Origin: a plasmid
Length of the DNA: 64,000 nt
Sequence record: NZ_CP010801.1
Reading direction: 5' to 3' (one strand)
The position numbers and the translations under genes are program-made. Positions within the stretch are counted from its first letter, which is position 1. Every line of letters starts with the position of its first letter. The notes below the pieces were generated by a model. The model searched no databases. It worked only from the letters and a program-made list of their open reading frames with translations, and was not told where the DNA came from. Below are positions 36,589 through 46,765 of the stretch, piece by piece.

Positions 36589-37419
36589 ATGAGTGAATTC
36601 AAGAATGCCAAAGTGATTGCGATCGTCAACCACAAAGGCGGTTGCGGGAAGACGACCACGACAGTCAACCTGGCCGCGGAGTTCGCCAGGCAAGGCAATC
36701 GCGTCCTGGTTGTCGATCTGGACCCTCAGGCAAACGCCACACTCCATATCGGCAAGGTCCACCCCTCCAACGTCGAAGTCTCCGCAGCTGATTTGCTGAC
36801 CGGCGACCACAGCCTGCTTGCGCCCTCGGTCCAAGACGACACCACCATCGATGGTGTCTGCCTGATTTCGGGCAGTCTGGCACTCGGCAAGGCCGAAGAC
36901 GAACTTAAAGACTTGTCGCCGCGGCCAAACGAAGAATTGCGCAGCAAGCTGTTGCCAGCGGACTCGGTCTTCGATGTCATCCTCATCGACTGCCCGCCGA
37001 GCCTGAAGCTGCTGGCGAGCAACGCGCTCGCCGCGGCTACGCACGTTATCGTGCCCATCGAGGCCGGCGATCAGTATGGCCTGTACGGCGCAGAGGATCT
37101 GCTCAAAAAGGTTGCACAGATCCGCAGGATCAACCCGAATCTCGAAATGCTAGGCGCTTTGCTCATTAAATACGACGACCGCCAGACCATCTGCAAGCTG
37201 CTCGCAGGCCAAGCCGAACAAACCTTTGGTGCGCTGTTGCCAGAAAAGATTTCTCAGGGCACGGCGGTTCGACAGGCTGTCGTGATGAAGACCAGCGCGC
37301 ACGGCATCGATCGGGGGTCCAAACCAGCGCGCCAGTTCCGCGCGCTCGCGCAAGCGCTGGCCCAATCTCTCAAGCTCAAGGTCGGAGATGAGACACCGAT
37401 CGAAGGGGCTGAAGCGTGA
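36589..37419 (+). CDS. parA: ParA/Soj-family partition ATPase
   Basis: Deviant Walker A KGGCGKTTT. Start at internal Met 36589. Confidence 0.85.
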   Translation: MSEFKNAKVIAIVNHKGGCGKTTTTVNLAAEFARQGNRVLVVDLDPQANATLHIGKVHPSNVEVSAADLLTGDHSLLAPSVQDDTTIDGVCLISGSLALGKAEDELKDLSPRPNEELRSKLLPADSVFDVILIDCPPSLKLLASNALAAATHVIVPIEAGDQYGLYGAEDLLKKVAQIRRINPNLEMLGALLIKYDDRQTICKLLAGQAEQTFGALLPEKISQGTAVRQAVVMKTSAHGIDRGSKPARQFRALAQALAQSLKLKVGDETPIEGAEA

Positions 37420-38303
37420 GCAAGAGCATCAAGGAAATGCTGGCGCGGCAGGCTGCCGCAAACATCAAGCAGCATCGCGATGCGGACTACGCCGTGGATT
37501 TTGACGCAGGCCGCCAGCACACCAAAATCCCGCTTCAACGCATCCAGCCAGGCCGCTACCAGCCGCGCATGAAGTTCACGGAAGCCAGCATTCGTGAATT
37601 GGCGGAATCGATCGCGGCCATAGGTCTGACGCAACCGATTATCGTGCGCCCGTTGGGTGAAGCGTATGAGCTCATCGCTGGCGAGCGGCGTCTGCGCGCG
37701 CATCGTCTGCTCAACAAGCCGACCATTGAGGCGATCATCGTCGATGTAGACGATGCTACAGCCGCGGCCATGTCGTTGTCAGAAAACATTGATCGCGAGG
37801 CGCTGACTGATTTCGAGGTAGCAGAAGGTCTGCGTCGCTTGGAGGTGGAATTCCCGAAACGGGCCCATCTCGCCAAGGCCATCAATATCTCGCGCTCGGA
37901 GCTCTACCGATACCTTGCGTTCCGCGACTTGCCTGAACCCGTGATCGACCGGCTACGAGTCAATCCCGGGTTGATCGGCAGAAGCGCAGCCTCCGAGATT
38001 TCGCAGGCCATCAAGGCAGTGCCCAAACTTGCCCCGAGACTTTTAGAAGCATTGGATCTCGTTGAGGCCGGCAAACTCGAGCAGGGCAAGGTGGTCGCAT
38101 TCCTCCAGCAGAGTATCGCGGAGCGGCGGAGCAGAACGGAAGCCGAGCCGACAACCTACTTGATACACGAAGGAGCGCGCGTCGGTTCGATCGTCGCGAC
38201 GCCCAAAGAATTCGTCATCAAGGTCTCGCAGGTAGCGCTGCCCGAGAGCAAGGCAAAGCGTCTGCACGCCTTTCTGACTGAATTGCTGGCCGCCGACGAA
38301 TAA
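37416..38303 (+). CDS. parB: ParB-family partition protein
   Basis: ParB N-domain LIAGERRLRA box. Coupled to parA. Confidence 0.75.
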   Translation: MSKSIKEMLARQAAANIKQHRDADYAVDFDAGRQHTKIPLQRIQPGRYQPRMKFTEASIRELAESIAAIGLTQPIIVRPLGEAYELIAGERRLRAHRLLNKPTIEAIIVDVDDATAAAMSLSENIDREALTDFEVAEGLRRLEVEFPKRAHLAKAINISRSELYRYLAFRDLPEPVIDRLRVNPGLIGRSAASEISQAIKAVPKLAPRLLEALDLVEAGKLEQGKVVAFLQQSIAERRSRTEAEPTTYLIHEGARVGSIVATPKEFVIKVSQVALPESKAKRLHAFLTELLAADE

Positions 38304-38321
38304 GTGTCCCAGCTGGGACAC
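38304..38321. promoter_or_regulatory. parS-like palindrome copy
   Basis: GTGTCCCAGCTGGGACAC immediately after the parB stop. Confidence 0.5.
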
Positions 38322-38408
38322 TGTCACGCTGATCTCGGGGCGCGTACATGCGCGCCTCCTTGAGTCAGTGCTGATTTGAGGGCACCACTCGAATATTTCC
38401 GCTGCAAG

Positions 38409-38426
38409 GTGTCCCAAATGGGACAC
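38409..38426. promoter_or_regulatory. parS-like palindrome copy
   Basis: GTGTCCCAAATGGGACAC. Confidence 0.5.
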
Positions 38427-38439
38427 TTTCAACGCTGAT

Positions 38440-39010
38440 TTAGGGGCGCTTTTTAAAGCAGGCTCCTGAGCCGCGCTGATTTAGGGGCGTTTTCACGCTG
38501 ATCTGGGGGCGCGATCTTCGCCACACAACCATTTTCACGCTGATCTGGGGGCGTTGCTGTCGACCGGTCACGCTGATTTAGGGGCGCAGTTACTAAATGG
38601 CGTATTTGGATCAACGCTGAACTAGGGGCGCTCGGCCCCGGCCGATGCGATCAACGCGGTTATTCAATGCGGCTCGAGCGGTATTGCCGCCGCGTCGGCG
38701 AGAGCGACGATGCCACGCTGATCTGGGGGCGCTTTGCTTTGGATGTCACGCTGATCTGGGGGCGCTTGCGCGATCTCCCGACGCTGATCTGGGGGCAAAA
38801 CGCACCGACGATCTCGTGATGCGGGCCGGCCGCGAGGGCTACGCTGATGTGGGGGCGCTGTTTCTTACCGGGATTGTGGATAAGGCCTGTGGAAAACCAC
38901 AGTTATTCACGCTGATCCAGGGGCGTCGCCACGCTGAAGTGGGGGCACTGCAGCGCTGATCCAGGGGCGAACGTACGCTGATCTAGGGGCGCTTTAACGC
39001 TGATCTAAGG
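38440..39010 (+). repeat. Iteron array (about 15 direct copies of ACGCTGATCTGGGGGCG) followed by AT-rich tract, an oriV-like origin
   Basis: Repeats of consensus CACGCTGAT(C/T)T(G/A)GGGGCG at irregular 18-60 bp spacing. 39011-39110 is AT-rich. Confidence 0.7.
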
Positions 39011-39255
39011 GCTAAAATTTTCACAAACCATTGAATTTAAAGAGAAAATTCCGTATCTAGTTTACTGATATTAGGTATTAACTTCATAGATTTACTGGTA
39101 AGACGACGCGCTTCTGTGGACAACCTCCGGTTGCCCACCATACGCACGCCGTCCACCACGATGGAAGAGATACAGCCAAAGTCAAAACAATCGCCCCCAG
39201 ATCAGCGTGACTGCGGTTTGCGTGCGTGCTATACCGTCGCAAACGTGGAGATAGG

Positions 39256-40210
39256 CATGGCAAAGCCACAGAGCAAACAACCAGACCTGACTGCCCCCGG
39301 TGGCCAAGTGATTCGTCCTACGATCGCTGCAAGGCTATACGAGGAGGCACAAGCAATGGAACTAGCCGACGCGAAAGCGGCTGGAACCATTGGCTTCATG
39401 GGCCGCGCGCTGGTTCAGGCAACGTTACCGTACAGGGAACCTTCAGCAGATCTGCGCGCTTGGGGCCGCCGCGCGGGCAACGTCAGTCTGGTGATCCAAC
39501 CAGGCATGTATTTTGACGAGAACAACGAAGCCCAAAGCATTGGCTTTCCATATGGTTCTTATCCGCGCTTGCTGCTCGCCTGGATTGCCACCGAAGCTTT
39601 TCGAACCAAATCCCGTCAACTCGTTTTAGGGAACCGCCTTACCGACTTTCTGGAGTCCCTCGGCTACACCTCGCAGAACGGTGGGCCACGCGGGAACATC
39701 ACGCGTATCCGCGAGCAGATGAAGCGGCTGTTTGCAGCCCACATCGCAATAGTCTATGGGGGAGGGCAGGGGAGCGATTTCGCACATAAGCCGTTTTTGA
39801 TCGCCGATGACACCGAGCTCTGGTGGGACCCCCAGCGCCCAGACCAAGCGGGCCTGTGGCAGTCGACAGTGACACTCTCGGAGCGCTTCTACGACGAGGT
39901 TGTCAGCACGCCGGTGCCTATCGATCTGCGTGCTCTGCGAGCGTTGCGACAATCGCCGATGGCGCTCGATTTGTACTGCTGGCTGACCTACCGCATGTTC
40001 TCACTGAAGGCTCCAGTGACCGTGCCGTGGGAAGCGCTGAAGCTGCAATTCGGATCGGAAGCCGGGCGCGATCGCAAGTTCAAGGAAGGGATCAGCAAGC
40101 AGCTGCAGCAGGTGCTCTCCGTTTATCCCGCCGGCGTGCGGCCCACCAAGGCCGGGCTCGAACTGAGCCCATCGAAAACAAGCGTGCCACGACTGGTCAC
40201 CGACTGGTAA
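39256..40210 (+). CDS. repA: Replication initiator RepA-like protein
   Basis: Immediately downstream of iterons plus AT tract. Wing-helix-like LDLYCWLTYRM region. An inverted iteron lies in the 5' region (39195-39213). An alternative upstream start at 39116 is possible. Confidence 0.55.
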
Positions 40211-40238
40211 GCGCCCCCAAATCAGCGCAAAGAAAAAT

Positions 40239-40264
40239 GCCCCTCCGAGAAGACTCGGAGGGGC
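40239..40264. terminator. Bidirectional terminator hairpin
   Basis: GCCCCTCCGAG-AAGA-CTCGGAGGGGC. Confidence 0.5.
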
Positions 40265-40345
40265 ATTCATAATCAGGCAATTCTAGGCGGCGCGGCGCTC
40301 GGCCTTGCGGCTTTTGCGGTGCGCGCGGGCGCCATTTCCGTTACT

Positions 40346-40978
40346 TCAGAACTCCCAAGGGGACGGGGCGGCTTCAGTGGCTACCGGTTCCCTCAGGTGC
40401 TTGCCAAGGTCCTGCAACATCTCGGCCACGCTGACTGGCGGCTCCACCAGCACGGCATCGACTGGCGCGCCATTCGCATCCATCTTGGCATCCCACATTG
40501 CGCGCAGGTGAGGGTGGCTGTCCAAGCACTGCTCTGCAACGTGCTTGGCAACGCGTGCCAACGAGCTCATCGCAACCCCGCCGCTCGAACGCTCGCAACT
40601 GATGAGCACGTCAGCCACCCCCGCGATCGCTTCATTGCTGGCAGAACTGTAGGAACCACTCAACAACATCAGCGTCGAGGCCGGAATGCCGTCAACCACT
40701 ACGTCATAGCCCGTTTTCTGCTTGTCCAGCCAGGTCGCCGATGTCTCGCCCTCAGTCTTGCCGAGGTGCATGTATTCGATCGGCCCCCACATGGCGGAGC
40801 CTCGTCCGAATTTACCTTCCTTGGCCCACCACTTTGGGGAGCCTCCGTTGTTGTGCACCATCAAAATCATTGCCTTCTCCTTTGAGTCCAGGTCGGCACA
40901 GTGCCGAGTGTTCGAAAATGGTTGCTCGATCGAGGCATGAAAAAAGCCAGGCGCAAGGCCTGGCTGGATCTGGATCAT
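40346..40978 (-). CDS. Hypothetical protein (Rossmann-like fold)
   Basis: Long ORF. Internal Met at MILMVHNNGGSPKWW may be the true start. Confidence 0.3.
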   Translation of the reverse strand: MIQIQPGLAPGFFHASIEQPFSNTRHCADLDSKEKAMILMVHNNGGSPKWWAKEGKFGRGSAMWGPIEYMHLGKTEGETSATWLDKQKTGYDVVVDGIPASTLMLLSGSYSSASNEAIAGVADVLISCERSSGGVAMSSLARVAKHVAEQCLDSHPHLRAMWDAKMDANGAPVDAVLVEPPVSVAEMLQDLGKHLREPVATEAAPSPWEF

Positions 40979-40993
40979 TCGGTCGCCGTCGAA

Positions 40994-41203
40994 TCACGGC
41001 GTAAGCTTCTGCGTCCACGTGCTGTCATCGAGCGCCATCTGCGCTTGTTCGCGCGTGCGGAAATACTCCACAGACTCGCGAGAGCATGGACCTTCCTCGC
41101 TATCGAACGTGCCAATGTAAAAGCCCGCGTTCGACTTGAGCACCTGCAACGATAACCGCTTCTTGCAATACTCCCAGGCCAATAAGCCATACGTTCCGCT
41201 CAT
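40994..41203 (-). CDS. Small hypothetical protein
   Basis: 69-aa ORF. Confidence 0.25.
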   Translation of the reverse strand: MSGTYGLLAWEYCKKRLSLQVLKSNAGFYIGTFDSEEGPCSRESVEYFRTREQAQMALDDSTWTQKLTP

Positions 41204-41328
41204 CGCATTTCTCCAGTTTTGGATCCGGCAAAGCGCCGGTGTTCGTAAATAGTTGTACTGCCAGACGATGAAAAAGCCCTGCCGATTTCTCGGTCAGGGC
41301 TTTGGTGAAGTGTGCTGCTACGGGCGAA

Positions 41329-41826
41329 TCAGAACGGCAGGCCCTCGTCCTGCTCAGCCGGCACAGCCTCGTGTTCCTTGCGGGCCGGGGCGTTGCTGGC
41401 GCTGCCGTTTTCTTCGCGTTTCGCCTTGTCCATCGAGGAAAGGGCGATGAACTGACCGCGCTCGCCGTCGATCTTGCGACCGAAGACCGGGTACTCGAAG
41501 CCGTTGCCGTCCTCGATCATCCCCTGGTAGTCGTAGTTCACGCCATCCTTCTTGGCGCGGAACAGGACGCCACGCAGCGCGCCGCCGCCGATCGACAGCA
41601 CCAGACGACTGTTGTCGCCTTCGCCGGCCAACGCAGCCTCCATCGTCAGGCGGCCGTACTCGGTCGGGCTGTACTTGCCGTCCTCGCCTTTGACTTCACC
41701 AGCGCCGACATAGCCCGTCATGATGACCGGGGACTTGGTGTTGCGGGCGACGAAGAGTTCACGACCGTTTTTCTCGTTGAACAGGGCGCCGCTGACTTGT
41801 TTCGTGTTGATGGTGATGAGAGACAT
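41329..41826 (-). CDS. Conserved hypothetical protein (DUF736-like, plasmid/ICE-associated)
   Basis: ATG 41826 with AGGAG RBS. G-rich beta N-terminus. Confidence 0.3.
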   Translation of the reverse strand: MSLITINTKQVSGALFNEKNGRELFVARNTKSPVIMTGYVGAGEVKGEDGKYSPTEYGRLTMEAALAGEGDNSRLVLSIGGGALRGVLFRAKKDGVNYDYQGMIEDGNGFEYPVFGRKIDGERGQFIALSSMDKAKREENGSASNAPARKEHEAVPAEQDEGLPF

Positions 41827-41951
41827 GATTGCTCCTTGGATGAAAACGCCGCTTCCCAGAACGGGGAGCTTCAAACGCTTCCCTATTGGTTGTTGGCACG
41901 AAAATAAAAAAAACCCCCCCTTTCTCTTCGCCCCCACTTCAGCGTGATCTC

Positions 41952-44198
41952 TCACGCCACGAGGCGAAAAATTCCTGTCTCGTCCTCCTGCGATTTGTTC
42001 GCCAGCAACTGGCAAAGGCGCGTCACGCGATTGGCCGCATCGCGCTGGCGCACGGCCGCGGCGATCGCGCGCGACTGGCCCACCAGCACCACCAGCTTTC
42101 GCGCCCGCGTGACACCTGTGTAGAGCAGGTTGCGCTGGAGCATCGCCCAGTGCTGCGTGACCATCGGAATGATCACCGCCGGCGCCTGCGAGCCCTGCGA
42201 CTTGTGGATCGTCATCGCGTACGCCAGGCGCATGTCGTCCAGATCGTCGAACGGCACTGCCACGTGTTTGCCGTCGAACGACACGTGCAGGACCGAGTTG
42301 TCGTCATCGACGGCCTCAACCAGGCCCATGTCGCCGTTGAAGATCTCCAGGTCGTAGTTGTTGCGGGTCTGCAAGACCTTGTCGCCAACACCGAAGCACG
42401 CGCCATAGCGGCGAACGACGGCCGACGGATGAGGGTTGATGGCCTGCTGCAACGCTTCGTTGAGCGCTCCAACTCCGCATGCGCCCTTGTTCATCGGCGA
42501 GAGCACCTGGATGTCGCGCACCGGGTCGAAGCCGAACTTGGCCGGCAAGCGGTTCGTGATCAGATCCCGGATGACATCCGCGCAGGCCTGCGCGACGGCG
42601 GCCGGCACGGCATCCTCGTCCTTGATCGACAAGGCGTCGCTCAAGCTTGTCGTGTTCTTCTCCGTCATGAGGAAGAAATCGTCACCGTGCACGCCTTGCT
42701 CGGGGTTCTTCCCATGGTTGATGGCGTGCGCGTTTCGGATGATCAGGCTGCCCTGGGCCTGCCGGAAAACCTCGTCCAGGATCACGACCGGGACCCGGCC
42801 GCTGCGGATAATGTCGCCCAGCACGTTGCCGGGCCCAACCGAGGGAAGCTGGTCAACGTCGCCTACCAAGATCAGGGCGGTGCCGCGCTTCAGGCCGCGC
42901 ATCACGTTGCGCATCAGCGGCACGTCCACCATCGACATCTCGTCGATCAGCAGCGCGTCCGCCTGCACCTGCTGCAACTCCTTGGAGTCGCCCCCCTTGA
43001 GGCCGAGCAGACGGTGAATCGTGCTGGCTGGTTGCCCAGTGGCCTCGGACGCGCGCTGTGCAGCCTTGCCCGTAGGGGCCGCCACAGCCACGTTCAGCCC
43101 CATCTCGCGCATGGCCGCCAGAATGACGTTGGTGGTCGCCGTCTTGCCGACACCGGGTCCGCCTGAGATGACGCACACGCGGCTGTTGAGCGCCATGACC
43201 ACTGCCTGGCGCTGCTTGTTGGCCAGCTTCATGTTCACGCGCGTCTCTATCCGCGCAATCAGCGCAGCGGTGCCGCCAGCCGGCTCCTTCCATGGCGCCA
43301 TCAGATCGGCCTTCTCGATCAGGCGCTCGCAGACGAATTCCTCGGCGGCGGCCAGCCAGCGGAAGCAGACGCAGTCCTCGTGCTGCACGAACTGCGGATT
43401 GTCGACCTGGTCATTCAGGTCCGCATCGAGGATGGGCGCAATACACTCGGCACCGACACCGAGCGCCTCGACGTTGAGCTCAAGGAATTTCGGGCGGGGG
43501 ACGCCGACGTGCCCCTGGCCAACGGCCTCCTGCATGACGTAGATCATGCCGGCGCGTATGCGCTGCGGGCTGTCCGTGGGGATGGCCAGGCGTTTGGCGA
43601 TCGTGTCCGCCGTCTTGAAGCCGATTCCGCGGATCTCCAGGCACAGCCGGAAAGGATCGGACTGGATTAGCTGGACGGCCTTGTCGCCCCAGGCGCGGTA
43701 GATGCGCCGACAGAGGGCGGCGGAGACGTTCTGGCTGTGCAGGAACAGCATGATGCTGCGCACCTGCCGCTGCTCATCCCATGCCGCCTTGATGCGCTCG
43801 ACCGTGGCGGGGCCGAAGCCCTTGATTCCAATGAGCTTGTCGGGCTCTTCATCCAGCACGCGCAGGACATCCACACCAAAGGCGGCGACCAGTGCGGCGG
43901 CCTTCTTCTGACCAATGCCGGCAATCGTGCCCGAGCCCAGGTAGGCGGTAATGCCTTCGGGGGTGGTCGGGTTCGTCGCGGTGATGCGGTCCGCCTTGAA
44001 CTGCGGCGAGCCATTGCGCTGAGTCCACTTGCCGGTGGCAGTCACAAACTGCCCCGGACCGGCGTTGGTCACGCCGACACAGTGGATCTCCGGCGGGCCG
44101 TTGCGGTCGGGGTTGCGCAGTACGAGAACGCTCCAGTCGTTCTCCTCGCTGCGAAACGTGACGCGTAGCACCTCGCCGTTCAGGGTCGCTTCAGCCAT
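41952..44198 (-). CDS. RecD2-like SF1B helicase
   Basis: Tandem HhH. Walker A GGPGVGKT. Motif II LLIDEMSMVD. SF1 C-terminal motifs. Start at MAEATLNGEV. Confidence 0.8.
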   Translation of the reverse strand: MAEATLNGEVLRVTFRSEENDWSVLVLRNPDRNGPPEIHCVGVTNAGPGQFVTATGKWTQRNGSPQFKADRITATNPTTPEGITAYLGSGTIAGIGQKKAAALVAAFGVDVLRVLDEEPDKLIGIKGFGPATVERIKAAWDEQRQVRSIMLFLHSQNVSAALCRRIYRAWGDKAVQLIQSDPFRLCLEIRGIGFKTADTIAKRLAIPTDSPQRIRAGMIYVMQEAVGQGHVGVPRPKFLELNVEALGVGAECIAPILDADLNDQVDNPQFVQHEDCVCFRWLAAAEEFVCERLIEKADLMAPWKEPAGGTAALIARIETRVNMKLANKQRQAVVMALNSRVCVISGGPGVGKTATTNVILAAMREMGLNVAVAAPTGKAAQRASEATGQPASTIHRLLGLKGGDSKELQQVQADALLIDEMSMVDVPLMRNVMRGLKRGTALILVGDVDQLPSVGPGNVLGDIIRSGRVPVVILDEVFRQAQGSLIIRNAHAINHGKNPEQGVHGDDFFLMTEKNTTSLSDALSIKDEDAVPAAVAQACADVIRDLITNRLPAKFGFDPVRDIQVLSPMNKGACGVGALNEALQQAINPHPSAVVRRYGACFGVGDKVLQTRNNYDLEIFNGDMGLVEAVDDDNSVLHVSFDGKHVAVPFDDLDDMRLAYAMTIHKSQGSQAPAVIIPMVTQHWAMLQRNLLYTGVTRARKLVVLVGQSRAIAAAVRQRDAANRVTRLCQLLANKSQEDETGIFRLVA

Positions 44199-44338
44199 GA
44201 CGTTGCGAAATCTTGCTCTTCCTCCGATGTTGGAAACAAAGTATGCTTTACGTTGCGCATCTTGGCAATCTTTATGAAACAAACATATTGCTGATGTTGT
44301 GTGCCAGGCTTTTTCTCTTTCCGTCCTGACAACCAGTC

Positions 44339-44362
44339 CTGAATCCCGGCAATTCCGCCGGT
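44339..44362 (+). promoter_or_regulatory. Upstream module copy 2
   Basis: CAACCAGTCCTGAATCCCGGCAATTCCGCCGGTC. Confidence 0.5.
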
Positions 44363-44380
44363 CCATGACAGGAGAAAGAG

Positions 44381-45394
44381 ATGGAATTCATCGAAGGCAT
44401 CAAGGTGCAATACAAGGAGCTCGTCGCTGACGCCAACGGCCAGTCCTACATTCCGTGGGCCGCTGCGCTCGCCATCGCTGAGCGCCCGCAGCAAAACGTG
44501 GTGATGTGGAAGGGCAATCCTGCGCGTACGTTGCTGGGCGGGGCGGTCGTGGCCATCGACATGAACGGACATCGGACCTGGCTGCCGATCCTCGATGCGC
44601 GCAACGAAGCGGTCCCGACCTCGCGTCTGACGTCTCGCGACGTGAACGACGCGATCAATCGCTGCCGCGCCAAGGCGATTGCCTCGGTGCTTGGTGTTGG
44701 ACTTGGCCTGTACGGCAAGTACGACGAGGCAGCGGCGTTTTTGCGCGCCCTCAACGTAGGTCCAGCAACTGACCTCGCAAAGATGGCGCCCCTGACCGTG
44801 AAAAAGGGGGGTGACAAGGGGCCGTCGTACGTTTCATGGCCCGCCGCGCTGGCGGCATGCCGGATCACCGACCCGGAGTTCAGCTGGGAGGTGATCGAGT
44901 ATGAGTCGGTTGACCCGGTCAGCGGGGAGATTGGCGAGCAGCCGTACGTCGTCATTGGCCAGAGCTATATGGTCTCGGTCAAGGTGACCTACAAGGGCCA
45001 GAGCCACATCGAGATGCTGCCCATCATGGGTGTCGTCGAGGTGAACGGCAAACGGCGCGAGCACATGGCGCTCACGACCCCGACGCCGCACGATTGGAAC
45101 CGCGCCGTCATGCGTTGTCTTGCAAAGGGCATCGCGGTGCAGTCCGGTTATGGCCTGAACGTCTACGCGAAGGAAGACCTGGAGGCGTTGCAGACCACGT
45201 TCGTTGGCAGTGGGTCGCAGCCCGCAGGAGCCTCCGTCGAGGCGATCAACGCGTTGCGCGAAACGCTTTCGCGAGTCGACCGGTCCGAAGACTCGTTGAT
45301 GACCTGGCTCGGCAAGCCCGGCTTGGCGCTTGACACCCTGACCGCAGCGGAGATCCAACGCGCTATGCGTGCGCTGGAACCCAAGGCTGCCTGA
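44381..45394 (+). CDS. Hypothetical protein (possible phage Sak/Rad52-like annealing protein)
   Basis: N-terminal SYIPWAAALAIAER...MWKGNPARTLLGG. Confidence 0.25.
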   Translation: MEFIEGIKVQYKELVADANGQSYIPWAAALAIAERPQQNVVMWKGNPARTLLGGAVVAIDMNGHRTWLPILDARNEAVPTSRLTSRDVNDAINRCRAKAIASVLGVGLGLYGKYDEAAAFLRALNVGPATDLAKMAPLTVKKGGDKGPSYVSWPAALAACRITDPEFSWEVIEYESVDPVSGEIGEQPYVVIGQSYMVSVKVTYKGQSHIEMLPIMGVVEVNGKRREHMALTTPTPHDWNRAVMRCLAKGIAVQSGYGLNVYAKEDLEALQTTFVGSGSQPAGASVEAINALRETLSRVDRSEDSLMTWLGKPGLALDTLTAAEIQRAMRALEPKAA

Positions 45395-45451
45395 CCAACC
45401 AACCGCCCCGACATCAGTATGTCAGGGCGGTTTTTCTTTGCCGGCTTACCG

Positions 45452-45482
45452 CAACCATTTGCGAAACCGGCCTGTTGCCGGA
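45452..45482 (+). promoter_or_regulatory. Upstream module copy 3 (degenerate)
   Basis: CAACCATTTGCGAAACCGGCCTGTTGCCGG. Confidence 0.4.
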
Positions 45483-45498
45483 AAGAAAGGAGAGAGTC

Positions 45499-46038
45499 AT
45501 GAAGAGCAACATCATTGGCCTAGCCGGTATCAAGCGCAGCGGCAAGGACACAGCAGCCAATGCGCTGCGCGCGGCCGGTTACGTGACCGTGGCCTTCGCC
45601 GACGCGCTGCGCGAAGAGATTTTTGCGCAATACCCTCAGGCTCGCAGAATCGCCGATGAGGACAAGGAGAAGCCTCAGGATTTCCTGAGCGGGAAGTCTT
45701 TGCGCGATCTGCTGATCGAAGTTGGAATGGGCCGGCGGGCGCAAGACCCGGACTACTGGGTGAAGATCCTGCGCGATCGCATCCGGGGCCTAGTCGCAAG
45801 CGGAAAGCGCGTGTGCGTCACGGATACGCGCTTGCCCAATGAGTTCGCGATGCTGCGTGAGCTCGACGCCTTCATCGTCTGGATCAATCGGCCTGGCATC
45901 GAGCCAGGGGCGCACGTTACCGAGCAGGACCACTCTTCGCTGTGCGATGCCGTGGTGCACAACGACTCGACGCTGCAGACACTGCACCAGAAGCTCATCG
46001 CCCTGCTGACGCAGATCGACATGGAGGTAGCCGCGTGA
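45499..46038 (+). CDS. Deoxynucleoside-monophosphate kinase-like P-loop protein
   Basis: IIGLAGIKRSGKDT P-loop. Confidence 0.55.
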   Translation: MKSNIIGLAGIKRSGKDTAANALRAAGYVTVAFADALREEIFAQYPQARRIADEDKEKPQDFLSGKSLRDLLIEVGMGRRAQDPDYWVKILRDRIRGLVASGKRVCVTDTRLPNEFAMLRELDAFIVWINRPGIEPGAHVTEQDHSSLCDAVVHNDSTLQTLHQKLIALLTQIDMEVAA

Positions 46039-46322
46039 TGGTGCCAATGTTCGAAACCGCTTGGGTTGGCCAGCGGATTACGTGCGCGCGGGACACGCTG
46101 ATTGTCACCTTCTCGGGCCTGAGCGTTCACGTTCCAGAGGGCGGCAATTGCGTGGTGGAGCAGGGCGCAATGCTCTCGATCTTCAACGCGTCGGGCGTAC
46201 CGATCTGCCTAATGCCGCTCATTGATGTGGCCGAAAGTTTTCCGTGCCGGTCATGCGCAGACGAGGAGGAGTCACTGGACGTCTGGGACTTCGACGTTCC
46301 AAGCGCAAGGACATTGAACTGA
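46038..46322 (+). CDS. Small hypothetical protein
   Basis: ATG overlaps the upstream stop. Confidence 0.3.
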   Translation: MVPMFETAWVGQRITCARDTLIVTFSGLSVHVPEGGNCVVEQGAMLSIFNASGVPICLMPLIDVAESFPCRSCADEEESLDVWDFDVPSARTLN

Positions 46323-46372
46323 GGAACCGCCGTGCCCGCAAGGCTCGGCGGTTTTTTCTTTGCCCGTGGCCG

Positions 46373-46407
46373 CAACCAATACCGAACCCCCGGGCATTCC
46401 GGGACAT
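46373..46407 (+). promoter_or_regulatory. Upstream module copy 4
   Basis: CAACCAATACCGAACCCCCGGGCATTCCGGGAC. Confidence 0.5.
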
Positions 46408-46423
46408 TTAGGAGCAGATCCAA

Positions 46424-46765
46424 ATGATTGCACCCATTTTCACTCAGGGCTGCCGCCCGATGCTTGCTGCAATGCTGTCGATGCTGGTCTCAATGGCATC
46501 GCAAGCACAAGTGCCGCAGCCTGCGGCAAACGCTCACGATGTAACCGTGGTCACTCTGTACAGCGAATTCCGTCCGGCTCCAGGCACGCTTCGAACCGAA
46601 GACAAGCCTGAGCGTCCGCCGATCCAGATTGTTGGCGGAGGCGTCAAAAGCGCCGGCCCTTCGTGTTGGGACATGGATGAGTCCGGCCAGATCGTTCCTG
46701 TCGCTGGCGAATGCTACGTCCTCCGGTCGGCAGCACCTGGCGAGAAGCCGCCAGTTCGGCAATAA
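46424..46765 (+). CDS. Small secreted protein
   Basis: Signal peptide MLAAMLSMLVSMASQAQV. Confidence 0.3.
   Translation: MIAPIFTQGCRPMLAAMLSMLVSMASQAQVPQPAANAHDVTVVTLYSEFRPAPGTLRTEDKPERPPIQIVGGGVKSAGPSCWDMDESGQIVPVAGECYVLRSAAPGEKPPVRQ

Noticed and set aside
38440-39010. Possible CRISPR array
   Set aside because: The repeats are only about 17-22 bp with irregular 4-60 bp spacers. There is no leader or cas genes, and they are adjacent to an AT tract and a rep gene. They are iterons, not CRISPR.
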